The notes under the pieces: generated by a model
Database searches by the model: none
The model's input: only the letters and a program-made list of their open reading frames with translations
What the model was told of the DNA's origin: nothing
Shown here: one piece after another, positions 1 to 9,640 of the stretch
Layout: every line of letters starts with the position of its first letter
Numbering within the stretch: position 1 is the first letter of the stretch
Translations under genes and position numbers: made by a program
Source of the DNA: an uncultured Planctomycetota bacterium
GTDB taxonomy: Bacteria; Planctomycetota; Planctomycetia; Pirellulales; PALSA-1355
Assembly: GCA_963711515.1 (NCBI GenBank)
Contig: CAVQEL010000006.1
Coordinates: 14,072-78,071 of the forward strand
Length of the DNA: 64,000 nucleotides
Direction: 5' to 3'

Positions 1-3000
1 TCTTTCGGTCCCAAATCGATGCCAATGAACTGACGGGCGAGCAAGATCCGAACGTCCAGTTGATCGATTTTGAGCATCCCGAACGGAATCATTTCCTAGC
101 GATCAATCAGTTCCGAATCGACACGCCAGGCTGCGTTAAGAATTGCATCATTCCCGACATCGTGTTGTTCGTGAACGGACTGCCTTTGGTGGTGGTGGAG
201 TGCAAGGATGCCAACCAGTACACGTCAAACCCAATGTACGAGGCGTTTAAGCAGTTGATGCGGTATGGCGATCAACGGGAGGAAACAAGGCTCGCTGGGC
301 TACGGGAGGGCGAACCCAGGTTGTTCTTCACCAACCAGATTCTGATTCGCACCTGCGGCGAGAAAGCCGACTTCGGCACGATCACTTCAACCGACGAGGA
401 GTTCTTTTTCCCTTGGAGGGATATTCATCCTGAAAAGTACCGCAACTACAAGCCGCCATTGGGTAAGGAACGCCAGCAGGAGAAGTTGATCCAAGGGATG
501 CTTCCGAAGGAAACCCTGCTGGATTTGATTCGTACTTGCACGGTCTTCATGGATGTGGGCAAGTCGCGGGCAAAGATCGTCGCTCGGTATCAGCAGTACC
601 GCGCCGTGTCCAAAATCATCGACCGACTGCGAACGGGCGATACCCCCGTCAAACGCTCGGGCGTAGTTTGGCACACACAGGGGTCGGGCAAGTCCCTGAC
701 GATGGTCTTCGTGATCCGCAAGTTGCGGGTGTGCGACGACCTAAAGGACTTGAAGGTCTGCCTCATCAACGACCGCAAGGATTTGGAGAAGCAACTAGGG
801 GAAACCGCCCAACTCGCAGGGGAGCAGGTCTCGTATATCAGTAGCTCGGAAGAGTTGAAAGCAAAACTATCGACCAGCACTTCGAATTTGAACATGGTGA
901 TGGTCCACAAGTTCCAAGAGAACCCAAATCGGGATGTGCCTGAATACCTGGAAGAAGTATTGCAGGTGCCCAAGTTCGAGTCATTTGGCGTCGTGAATGA
1001 GTCCGAACGTATCCTGCTGATGATCGACGAAGCCCATCGCACTCAGTCGGGCGACCTGGGCGACAATCTGTTCGCGGCGTTTCCCAACGCGACGCGGCTG
1101 GCGTTTACTGGCACGCCATTGATCGTGGACAAAACCCACCAACCAACATTAGAGCGGTTTGGCGGCGAGTACATCGACAAATACAAATTGCAGGATGCCG
1201 TGGATGACGGGGTGACGGTACAGATTGTGTACGAGGGGAAGACGGCGGATTCGGCGGTGTCGCACAAAACCGAGTTCGACAGGAAGGTGGATGAACTCGC
1301 CAGCGATCACATCGAATCGCAAATGCGGAAATCAGAGAATCGCGTGGCGTTGTTCAAATACGCCAAGGAACACAACCTCCTGTTCGAAGATTTGGTTCAA
1401 CAGCGAACCGCCGAGGAAATTCTGAAACTCAAAGCCAAATGGGGAACCAGCGACGACTTGTTTGAAGCCGAGCCGCGCATCAAGGAGATTGCCGCCGACT
1501 TGGTGAACCACTACATCGCCCACATCCTGCCGAACGGATTTAAAGCCCAGGTGGTTTGCACCTCGAAAATCGCCGCCGTGCGCTATGGGAAGTTCATCGA
1601 TGAGGCAATTGCCCAGCGGTTGGCACAGGAACAAGCCAAGCCCGACTGGACTGGCGCGCCTGAGGATTTGAGTGATACGGATCGTCCCAAGTATCGAGAC
1701 GACGAACTCTGCAAGCAGATTGCCTTTCTTAAATCGGCAGTCGTGGTTTCGTCCGAGGGAACGAACGAGCGGGCGATCATCACCGAAGCCCGCAAGAAAG
1801 CCCAGCAGATGGATGCCGTCGAGAATTTCAAACGCAAGTTCGACTATGACGATCCGAACAAGGCGGATACGGGCGTCGCCTTTCTGGTGGTTTGCGACAT
1901 GCTGCTCACTGGCTTCGACGCGCCGAATGAGCAGGTAATGTACATCGATAAGAAAGTGAAGGATCACAACTTGCTGCAAACGATTGCACGAGTGAACCGG
2001 ATCGCCCGTGGCAAAACTCGTGGCTACATCGTGGACTACGTTGGCTTAACCAAACACTTGAAGGCGGCTTTGTCCATCTACGGTGCCGACGACCAGAAGG
2101 ATCTTGAAGACGGAATCGTAGATATTTCCAGCGAAGTGCCGCTGCTGGAGACACGATACAACAGACTGCTGCAACTGTTCACCGAGAAGAAAGTCGTTGA
2201 GATCGAGAACTTCGTCCAGCAGAAGATCAAATCGCCAGCCCAGGAACTGGCTGTGTTGGAGCAAGCAGTGGGCATTTTAGAGGACGTGAAGACCCGCACA
2301 AACTTCGAGGTCTTCCTGAAGCAATTCTTGCAGAGTATGGATATCATCCTGCCGAACTCCGAGGCATTTCCCTATCGAAGTTCCCGCGAAGCGGTTTGGC
2401 TACATCATGGCGCACGCCGAAGGAACGTTATAAGGACGATTCGCTCGTTATCACGGGTGCGGGCGAAAAAATCCGCAAGTTGATCGACGAGTACTTAATT
2501 GGTCTCGGTATCAATCCAAAGATCCCGCCAGTCGAGTTGTTTTCACCTGGCTTCATTGCGCAATTGGACAAAAGCCAATCGCCACAAGCCAAAGCAAGCG
2601 AGATGGAACACGCGATCCGCAAACACTGCAAGGTGCATCTGGATGAAGATCCAGTTCTGTATGAGAAAGTGAGCGAGAAACTGGAGGCAGCGATTCTCAG
2701 ATACAAAGAAAACTGGGACGCACTTTGCCAGGAGTTGTTCGTCTTGAGGGAGGAAGCCCTTGCTGGACGCATGGAAGACGACAACGGCGTGAGTAAAAAG
2801 GCTGCGCCCTTCTACGACCTCATCGGGCAGATTGCGTTTGGAAAAGAGGGTGTGCCTTCCGAGCAACGCGAGCAGGTAAAAGTCCTGGTGGACGAGATGT
2901 TGGGCAAAATGAAACACTCGATTGGAATAATCAATTTCTGGGAACGACCGACCGAGGTGAGCAGGTTGAGGGGTGATTTGTCCAACCTGATGGTTGTTTC

Positions 3001-3091
3001 GGGTATCGATGTCATCGCCGACAAGAGCGGAAAGATTGTGGCAGAGATCACCCAATTGGCGAAAGTTCGACAGAAGGACATCCTCGAATGA
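1..3091 (+). CDS. hsdR: Type I restriction enzyme R subunit (HsdR). 5'-partial at window edge. Apparent frameshift(s) near 2390-2430 split it into ORFs 60..2483 and 2396..3091.
   Basis: The reading frame is open from nt 3. The N-terminal PD-(D/E)xK motif 'FVNGLPLVVVECKD' is present, as is the helicase DEAH box 'LMIDEAHRTQSG' and motif VI 'QTIARVNRIARG'. The C-terminal 'ITGAGEKIRKLIDEY' block sits in a second frame. Confidence 0.85.
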
Positions 3092-3782
3092 GGCGGACTT
3101 ACCGCGACATTGAATACACCCTCCAGCGCAGCCGACGCAAGACTGCCAGCATCTATGTCGAGCGCGATGGGCAACTGACCGTGATTGCGCCCAAGGAACT
3201 ATCCGACCAGCAAATTGAAAAAGTACTGGAGGAAAAGCGGCGTTGGATTTACAAGCACCAAGCCGAATGGTTTGACCTCAACGCGGCGCAGGTTCAGCGG
3301 GAGTATGTCAACGGCGAAGGGTTTCTTTATTTGGGACGCTCGTACCGCCTGAAACTGGTGCCAAAGCAAGGGGAAGTTGTTGCTGCTGAAGGACGGGCAT
3401 TTTTGCCTGCGAGCCGACCATAATCCAGTCACCAAAGCCGCTGCGGCATTTCGGGAGTTTTATCGCAGCGAAGGGTCTGAAAAGAATCGGTCAGCGGGTC
3501 GCCTTTTACCAGAATCGCATGGACCTGACGCCAAATGGCATACGTGTCATTGACCTGAAAAATCGCTGGGCGTCTTGCACGCCCGAGGGCAAACTCAACT
3601 TCCACTGGAAGTGCATGATGTCGCCCGCAACGATCCTCGATTACATCGTCGTCCACGAACTCGCCCATTTGATTCACCCCAACCATTCGGCAGCGTTTTG
3701 GAACGAGGTCGATAAAGTGCTGCCAGATTACGGCGAACGAAAAGAGTGGCTACGGGTGCATGGGGCGGGGATGGATTTGTGA
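3088..3782 (+). CDS. YgjP/DUF45-family Zn-dependent metallohydrolase (M48-like), often found next to hsdR. Apparent frameshift near 3390-3420.
   Basis: The N-terminal part 'RRTYRDIEYTLQRSRRKTASIYVER' is in one frame. The C-terminal part 'RWASC...DYIVVHELAHLIHPNHSAAFW' (HExxH) is in another frame. The two halves together give about 230 aa. Confidence 0.7.
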
Positions 3783-3943
3783 TGCCCGAGGGAAAGATAT
3801 TGGTCGATGTGCAGCAGATCATCTCACTCCCTGAAGCGGTGGAGTATCAAATCACGATTCGAGAGAAAAGGCGCAAGGAGGTGCGTGTCGTAACTTACAG
3901 GCAAGACAACGAGCGACAAGTACCAGAATCAATATGGAGTTAA
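3783..3943 (+). CDS. Small hypothetical protein (about 53 aa) between the DUF45 gene and nuclease-fold gene A.
   Basis: ORF only. It is tightly packed in the same orientation. No recognisable motifs. Confidence 0.25.
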
Positions 3944-3950
3944 CCGATCA

Positions 3951-4958
3951 ATGCAGTTTCTCGAAACAATCGATGGAAAAAATGGCGAAGAACTCACTTC
4001 CGCCGTGTTGAAGTTCTTGCTCGTTAACTCAGCCACGATGCGAGACCGGTTTGTCCGTCATCTTCGGCATCAACTCCCCGCTTCCAAAACGCCTACTTTC
4101 CGGGATGGCATCATTTGTCAGTGTGAAGCCGGAACGTCCGACGATGGTGAGGCGGGACGAATCGACTTGCTAATTCGTGAGAACAGAGGCATGGTGCTCG
4201 GACTTGAAAACAAGTTCTGGGCGAATTTCACGGAGAACCAACCTAAGAAGTATTGGGGTGATCTTGTCAGCCTAGCGGAGAATGTTGAGGCGAACTGTCG
4301 CCTCTTGTTGCTGGTCCCACGATTACGGGCAAGTGAAATCGCAGAGCATCTTAGGGAACAGGAAGTGCAAAGCAAATGCGCTATTTTGTATTGGGAGGAC
4401 ATTCAAGAGGATTTGCGCGAGGTTGCTCGGCGAGATCGAACCGAAGTAGCCGCTGCGGCGATTTTCCTTGATGAGTATGTTGGACGCCAAGTGCTTGACA
4501 CGGTGATCGATATACTTCCTCACCAAATTGTTGGTTCGCAAGTCGAGATTCCGAACGACTTTCACTACGACTTCCTGTACAAGTTGAAGACTTGTCTGCC
4601 AAATCCAGAGCGAATTCGTCCAGCGAAATCATGGATTGGTTTCTACTTTAGCGTCGCCCCAAGCGACTCAACCAATCGTCCAAGGCAATGGTTTGGTTTC
4701 TATCGGGACGGATCCACATCGGAAGTTGCCATGGGAATCGATACTGGAATGGCGCATTACACATCGGAGTTGCCTCCCGGAGCACGATTTACAGATGGTT
4801 TTGTCACTTCTGTTTTTGTCGAGATTGCCTATGACGGGACGATTTCGACGACTCAAGATTGGAAGAAGCGGCTGGTGCTGGTAGTCGATCCATTGACGAA
4901 AGCAGTTCAATCCTATTTTGCATCGCCGACAGCGAGTCGAATTCCAACCGACGAGTGA
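3951..4958 (+). CDS. Hypothetical protein A with an N-terminal RecB-like PD-(D/E)xK nuclease fold plus about 200 aa C-terminal domain of unknown function.
   Basis: The motif 'GRIDLLIRENRGMVLGLENKFWANFTENQPKKYW' carries D...ExK...QxxxY. The C-terminus has an internal repeat 'SWIGFYFS...RQWFGFYRDGS'. GC content is lower than in the core genome. Confidence 0.6.
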   Translation: MQFLETIDGKNGEELTSAVLKFLLVNSATMRDRFVRHLRHQLPASKTPTFRDGIICQCEAGTSDDGEAGRIDLLIRENRGMVLGLENKFWANFTENQPKKYWGDLVSLAENVEANCRLLLLVPRLRASEIAEHLREQEVQSKCAILYWEDIQEDLREVARRDRTEVAAAAIFLDEYVGRQVLDTVIDILPHQIVGSQVEIPNDFHYDFLYKLKTCLPNPERIRPAKSWIGFYFSVAPSDSTNRPRQWFGFYRDGSTSEVAMGIDTGMAHYTSELPPGARFTDGFVTSVFVEIAYDGTISTTQDWKKRLVLVVDPLTKAVQSYFASPTASRIPTDE

Positions 4959-5008
4959 TCAAAGGTTGGACGAACGAGAATGCCGTCTGGTGAATTAAGG
5001 CGCCGACA

Positions 5009-5320
5009 ATGATCCACCTCCTCCTCCTCGCCATCACCTGTCTGATCTCCGCCGACACCCTCACTGGCAAAGTCGTAAAGGTAACGGACGGCGACACGAT
5101 CGCCGTTCTTGTGAATAACCGCCAGATCAAAGTTCGCGTGAGCGAAATCGACGCCCCCGAGCACAGACAAGACCTTGGTCAAAAGAGCCAACAAGCCCTA
5201 GCTGATCTGGTTTTTGGCAAAGAAGTGCGGAGCGTGACTCACGAGGAAGACCGTTACGGGCGCACGATTGGCGATTTATTCGTCGGACAGACCGATGTGA
5301 ACGAAAGAACTCTAACCTGA
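5009..5320 (+). pseudogene. SNase-like thermonuclease, copy 1, C-terminally truncated (about 100 aa, lacks last third of the fold).
   Basis: It has an N-terminal signal-like 'MIHLLLLAITCLISA' followed by 'GKVVKVTDGDTI...VRVSEIDAPE...DRYGRTIGDLFVGQTDVNE'. It then diverges directly into a stop, whereas the family normally continues with about 40 aa after 'VNE'. Confidence 0.6.
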
Positions 5321-5335
5321 CGTGATTCCCGTCCC

Positions 5336-5617
5336 ATGAAATTCTTCCGCTACCGCCGTCCGTCGCTAAAAACGCTCCTGGGCATCACCAAGGCCAAGAA
5401 GCGGATCAAGAAGGACCTCGGCATTACGGCCCTGCTCAAGCCGGTTCGATGGTGGCCGAATCAGAAGCGGCGGATCAAAAGGAGGGTCGGCTACTATTCG
5501 AAAACCGGGCGGCTAGTTCGGGATGGATTGCCGAGGCCTAAAGGGTGTTTGGTATTGGTGGTTCTGGCGATCTCTTCGTCGGCAATTCTGAGGTTGGCAT
5601 GGTCAATAAGTCAGTAA
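5336..5617 (+). CDS. Small K/R-rich protein with C-terminal hydrophobic helix (93 aa). It lies within the roughly 360 bp segment that interrupts thermonuclease copy 1.
   Basis: The sequence 'MKFFRYRRPSLKTLLGITKAKKRIKKDLGITALLKP...' is highly basic and is followed by 'CLVLVVLAISSSAIL'. The downstream sequence is AT-rich. Confidence 0.25.
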   Translation: MKFFRYRRPSLKTLLGITKAKKRIKKDLGITALLKPVRWWPNQKRRIKRRVGYYSKTGRLVRDGLPRPKGCLVLVVLAISSSAILRLAWSISQ

Positions 5618-5672
5618 TTAAATTGATGACAGACCAAGAACAAACCCCTTTTGAACACAAGTGTAGACGAGG

Positions 5673-6773
5673 TTGGCGATGACGGGTCGAATCTACCGCC
5701 TGGATGACCATGACTCGAACCTGCTCCCAATGGATGAAGCCCCCTACGATTCCGAGAAGCTCTTGCAGGAACTGCTGGCGGCCTACCCAGACTTGTTAGC
5801 CGGCGAACAGATAAATACTGACGAACCAAGGCGCTGGGTGCTTGTCACCCGTGAGATGTCAGTTCCTGGCGACCAAGAAGGTTCGGGCAAGTGGTCGCTC
5901 GACCACCTATTTCTAGATCAAGATGCGATTCCTACGCTGGTCGAAGTAAAAAAGGGTACCAATAGCGACATCCGAAGGAAGGTGATCGGTCAGATGCTTG
6001 ACTATGCTGCCAATGCGGTTGCTTATTGGCCTGTCGAGGAGATTCAAGCTAGATTTCGATCTCGATGCGATAAAGAGAACATCGATGCAAATGCCGCACT
6101 TGCAGAACTCCTCGGAGAACAGGGCATCGACCCGATTGATTTTTGGCAGCAAGTGAAAATAAACCTTCAAGCTGGCCGCATACGCATGGTGTTTATTGCT
6201 GACAAGATTCCGACCGAACTTCGAAGGATTGTCGAATTCCTCAATGCGCAAATGGACCCAGCAGAAGTTCTCGCCATTGAAATCAAGCAGTTTGTAGGCG
6301 AGGGCGTGAAGACTCTCGTGCCTCGTGTGTTGGGACAAACCGAGTCGGCTCAGGACAAAAAGCATCCAAGTCGTGGAAAACAATGGACGGATTGGGATTC
6401 GGCCCTAGCAGACATTTCGAACCCCGCTGTCATCTCATTCTTTCAACAGGAGCTTAAATCAAACAGGGAATCGAACCTCGGCAAACGCTTTCTTCGCTAC
6501 CGCCTGTCCGACAAGCCAAGATGGTTTGTGACAGCACGTCAGAAGTACGCATATGTATGGCAACGAGGACGATTCGCAGGCGATATCGAATTCTGGCATA
6601 ACGGATTGAGTCAATCTGCTGAAATCAAGCCCGTGGATGACGATTCGTGTCTCCGATTCTCCCTTTACGAGCCTGAAGACTTTGAGTTTTTCTACACGAC
6701 GGCAATGCAATCTCCTAAATCGATTCAGTGGCAGACCAACGCTGCTGATGACGAAATCGAACCGCAGGATTGA
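5673..6773 (+). CDS. Hypothetical protein B with an N-terminal RecB/NucS-like PD-(D/E)xK nuclease fold plus about 240 aa C-terminal domain. It is a paralogous arrangement to protein A, and the start codon is uncertain.
   Basis: The motif 'WSLDHLFLDQDAIPTLVEVKKGTNSDIRRKVIGQMLDYAANAV' carries D...EVK...QxxxY. It is preceded by an AT-rich putative promoter region at 5600-5670. Confidence 0.6.
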   Translation: MAMTGRIYRLDDHDSNLLPMDEAPYDSEKLLQELLAAYPDLLAGEQINTDEPRRWVLVTREMSVPGDQEGSGKWSLDHLFLDQDAIPTLVEVKKGTNSDIRRKVIGQMLDYAANAVAYWPVEEIQARFRSRCDKENIDANAALAELLGEQGIDPIDFWQQVKINLQAGRIRMVFIADKIPTELRRIVEFLNAQMDPAEVLAIEIKQFVGEGVKTLVPRVLGQTESAQDKKHPSRGKQWTDWDSALADISNPAVISFFQQELKSNRESNLGKRFLRYRLSDKPRWFVTARQKYAYVWQRGRFAGDIEFWHNGLSQSAEIKPVDDDSCLRFSLYEPEDFEFFYTTAMQSPKSIQWQTNAADDEIEPQD

Positions 6774-6803
6774 CGAAGGTTGAACAAGAATGCTGGAGAA
6801 GCA

Positions 6804-7040
6804 ATGATCCACCTCCTCCTCGCCCTCACCTGCCTGATCTCCACCGACACGCTCACCGGCAAAGTGGTGAAGGTGACGGCTGGCGACACGATCACCGTTC
6901 TTGTCGATCATCACCAAGTCAAAATCCGATTGAGCGAAATCGACGCCCCCGAGCGCCGACAAGACCTTGGTCAAAAAAGCAAAGCCGCCCTTGCTGAGCT
7001 GGTGTTTGGCAAAAGAGGTATGATTCAAGGGTCGCCATAA
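6804..7040 (+). pseudogene. SNase-like thermonuclease, copy 2, truncated after 'LVFGK' by IS3 insertion.
   Basis: Copy 2 reads 'MIHLLLALTCLISTDTLTGKVVKVTAGDTITVLV...SEIDAPE...LVFGK', which is about 80% similar to copy 1 at DNA level, including the 5' leader. It diverges at about 7011 into the IS3 end. Confidence 0.6.
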
Positions 7041-7570
7041 AGAGGCTCGGTCGAACATTGACCCCCTTCCCGAAACCTGATCCAGGGAATATGAGAGAAT
7101 CCAGCCGGCCGATATGGCCGGAAAAAATTCGCCATGAAGAAGCGACATAGTGCAGAACAGATCGTAGGGCTGTTGCGGCAAGCGGACGTAGCGCTGGGGA
7201 AAGGGGAGAAGGTTGCCGAGGTCTGCAAGCAGCTGGGAATCAGCGAGCAGACGTACTATCGTTGGCGGACGAAGTACGGCGGGATGGACCCACAGATGGC
7301 GCGTCAGCTGCAGGAGTTGCAGAAGGAGAACGCGCGGTTGAAGCGGCTGGTAGCGGACCAGGCGTTGGACAATCAGATTCTGCGGGAGGCCGCCCGCCCA
7401 AACTGGTGAGCCCCGAGCGCCGGCGTCGGACCGTGGCGGCGGTCCGCAGTCGCTTGGGGCCGCAGCATGTTTCAGAACGCCGGCTGTGCCGTGTGCTGGG
7501 CCAGTCGCGCTCGACGCAGCGCTATCGTCGGCGTAAGCCGGACGACGATCGTCGGAAGCGTCCGTCAACA
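7015..7570 (+). mobile_element. IS3-family insertion sequence, 5' fragment. OrfA is intact (7134..7409) and the OrfB start is truncated at about 7565.
   Basis: OrfA reads 'MKKRHSAEQIVGLLRQ...QTYYRWRTKYGGM...LQKENARLKRL' (HTH plus leucine zipper). The +1-frame OrfB N-terminus 'RLCRVLGQSRSTQRYRRRKP' ends abruptly. Confidence 0.7.
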
Positions 7571-7629
7571 TGCGCACATTTGATTTTGGGTTGGTGCCTG
7601 GAGCTGGGTGTTTCCTTGTTGGTTTTCGT

Positions 7630-8990
7630 CTGTCTTTGTTCCCCCTAGGGGGAACAAAATCGCCCAGTTTATGCGACCGTCATTGCGGACTCGATTTGCT
7701 TCTCTTCGCGGAGCCGATCCATGTCGAGGTAGACGCGCTTGCCCCAGCGGGTGCCGGCGATGTGACGTAGTCGGGCGGCCACCAGCATCACGGCACTCTT
7801 GCCGTCGGGGAAGTTGCCGACCACGCGCGTGCGACGGCGTATCTCTCGCATGATCCGCTCCAGCACGTTGTTCGTGCGGATGCGCACCCAATGCTCACGC
7901 GGGAAGGCCATGTAGGACAGCGTCTCGTCCACGCCGTCGCGCACGACCGAGGCCGCCTGGCCCAGCCGCATGCTGGTGAGCTTCTCGGCCACCAGCGCGG
8001 CCTTGTCTCGGGCCGCCTGACGATCTTCCTGGGCGTGAATCGCTTTGAGCATGGCCATCACTTCCTTCACCTTGCCCTTGGGCACCACGCTCATCACGTT
8101 GCGATACCAGTGCACCATGCACCGCTGCCAGGCCGCCTCGGGATAAAACTCGCCCACCGCTTCGAGCAGGCCCAGCGACTTGTCGCTCGTGAACAATTGC
8201 ACGCCCGCCAGGCCGCGCTGTTTGAGATGCCGCAGGAAGTTCCGCCAGCTCTCGGTGTCTTCCTTCGTGCCCTCGACCACGCCCAGAATCTCGCGATAAC
8301 CGTCGCCGCGCACGCCAATCGCCACCAGCACGGCCACGTTCTTCACCTCGCCGCCCCACGATCGCTTCAGCCAGATGCCATCGAGGTACACGTAGGCGTG
8401 CTGGCCCTCGATCGGCTGATTCCGCCAGGCTTCGATCTGCGTGTAAATCTTCTGATTCAACTCGCTGACCGTGCTCGGGCTGACCCGCGTTCCCCAGAGT
8501 GCTTCGGTAATGTCCTCGACGCGCCGCACCGAGACGCCGGCCAGGTACATCTCGACCAATGCCTCCTCCACGCTCGACTCGCGACGCCGGTAACGCTCGA
8601 TGATCTGCGTCTCGAACGGCAGGTTCCGCAGCCGCGGAACCGCCAGCGTCACTTCGCCAGCCTGCGTCTGCAGCTTCCGGTCGTAGTGCCCGGCTCGCGT
8701 ATCCAGCCGCTCCGGCGAACGGGCATAACGCTTGGCACCGCACAACGCGTCGGCCTCCGCCTCCAGCAGACTGTTGAGCGTCTCTTCGACCGTCTGCCGC
8801 ACCACCTCGCCCACGTGCGAGCGAATCTTCTCCTCCTCGATCCGAATCACGCCCTCAAAGTTCCCGCCATTTGCCGATCCTGCTACACTGTCCATCGGGC
8901 AGTCCTTTCGTGCTGATAGAGTTCGTGTGACAACAAACTTCTACCAGCTCCAGGACTGCCCTTTCAATTTGTGCGCACAATTCCAGACGT
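7630..8990 (-). mobile_element. IS256-family insertion sequence with an apparently intact transposase (CDS 7669..8895, 408 aa).
   Basis: The mutator-type transposase contains 'YVYLDGIWLKRSWGGEVKNVAVLVAIGVRGDGYREILG' and 'SDKSLGLLEAVGEFYPEAAWQRCMVHWYRN'. A 10 bp inverted repeat, gggcagtcct/aggactgccc, sits in the 5' leader at 8908-8973. Element ends are approximate. Confidence 0.75.
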
Positions 8991-9640
8991 TATCCCGGTA
9001 ATCTTGGCCACCGCGATCTTGCTGTTGTCGTAACTGATCCGCCGGGGCACGCCCCCGAAGAAGTCGAAGGCCCGCCGGTGCCCCTCCTGGAACGTCTCGG
9101 TGCATTCGTGCGGAAACACCTGGCAGAAGATGGCGTCCGAGTAGGGCAAGGTCATCACGAACATCGCCACCTTGACCGGCTCGCCACCAAGGCTGACTTG
9201 AGCCTCCCCAAAATCGACTTGCGCTTCGCCCGGTCGGTGTGCCAGCGGCACGAAGACCTCGGCCTGGCCTTGCTTCCAGGTCCGCACGGCATCCTTCACG
9301 ATCGTCAGGCCACCGTCGTACTGGTGCTCATCCCGCAGCCGGTCGAAGATCCGCTGCGCCGTATGACGCTGCTTCTTCGGGGCCTGCTGATCCTGTTGCA
9401 GGATCGTGTGGATGATCGGCAGGAACCGCTCCAGCTTCCGCTTCTGTCGAGGCACTTTCAGCTGGTACCCGGCTGGCTCCTCGTGCTTGAGGATCCGCTG
9501 CAGCGTCCGCCACTCGATCTGGTACTCCCTACAAGCCGCCCGCTTGCTCAGCTCCCGCGTCAGCACGCGACGACGAATCTCAACCCATCGATCCATGTCC
9601 TTGAACACCTGTGTTCCTCACCATCAATAACGGTCGTATT
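8964..9640 (-). mobile_element. istA: IS21-family fragment. The IstA N-terminal 214 aa is present, the C-terminus is cut by the IS256 insertion, and istB is absent.
   Basis: The fragment reads 'MFKDMDRWVEIRRRVLTRELSKRAACREYQIEWRTLQRIL...SYDNSKIAVAKI' and then diverges. Confidence 0.65.

Noticed and set aside
7640-7655. 16 bp perfect palindrome ttccccctagggggaa as a regulatory site
   Set aside because: It sits exactly at the IS3/IS256 junction, so it is more likely an IS terminus or junction artefact than an operator.
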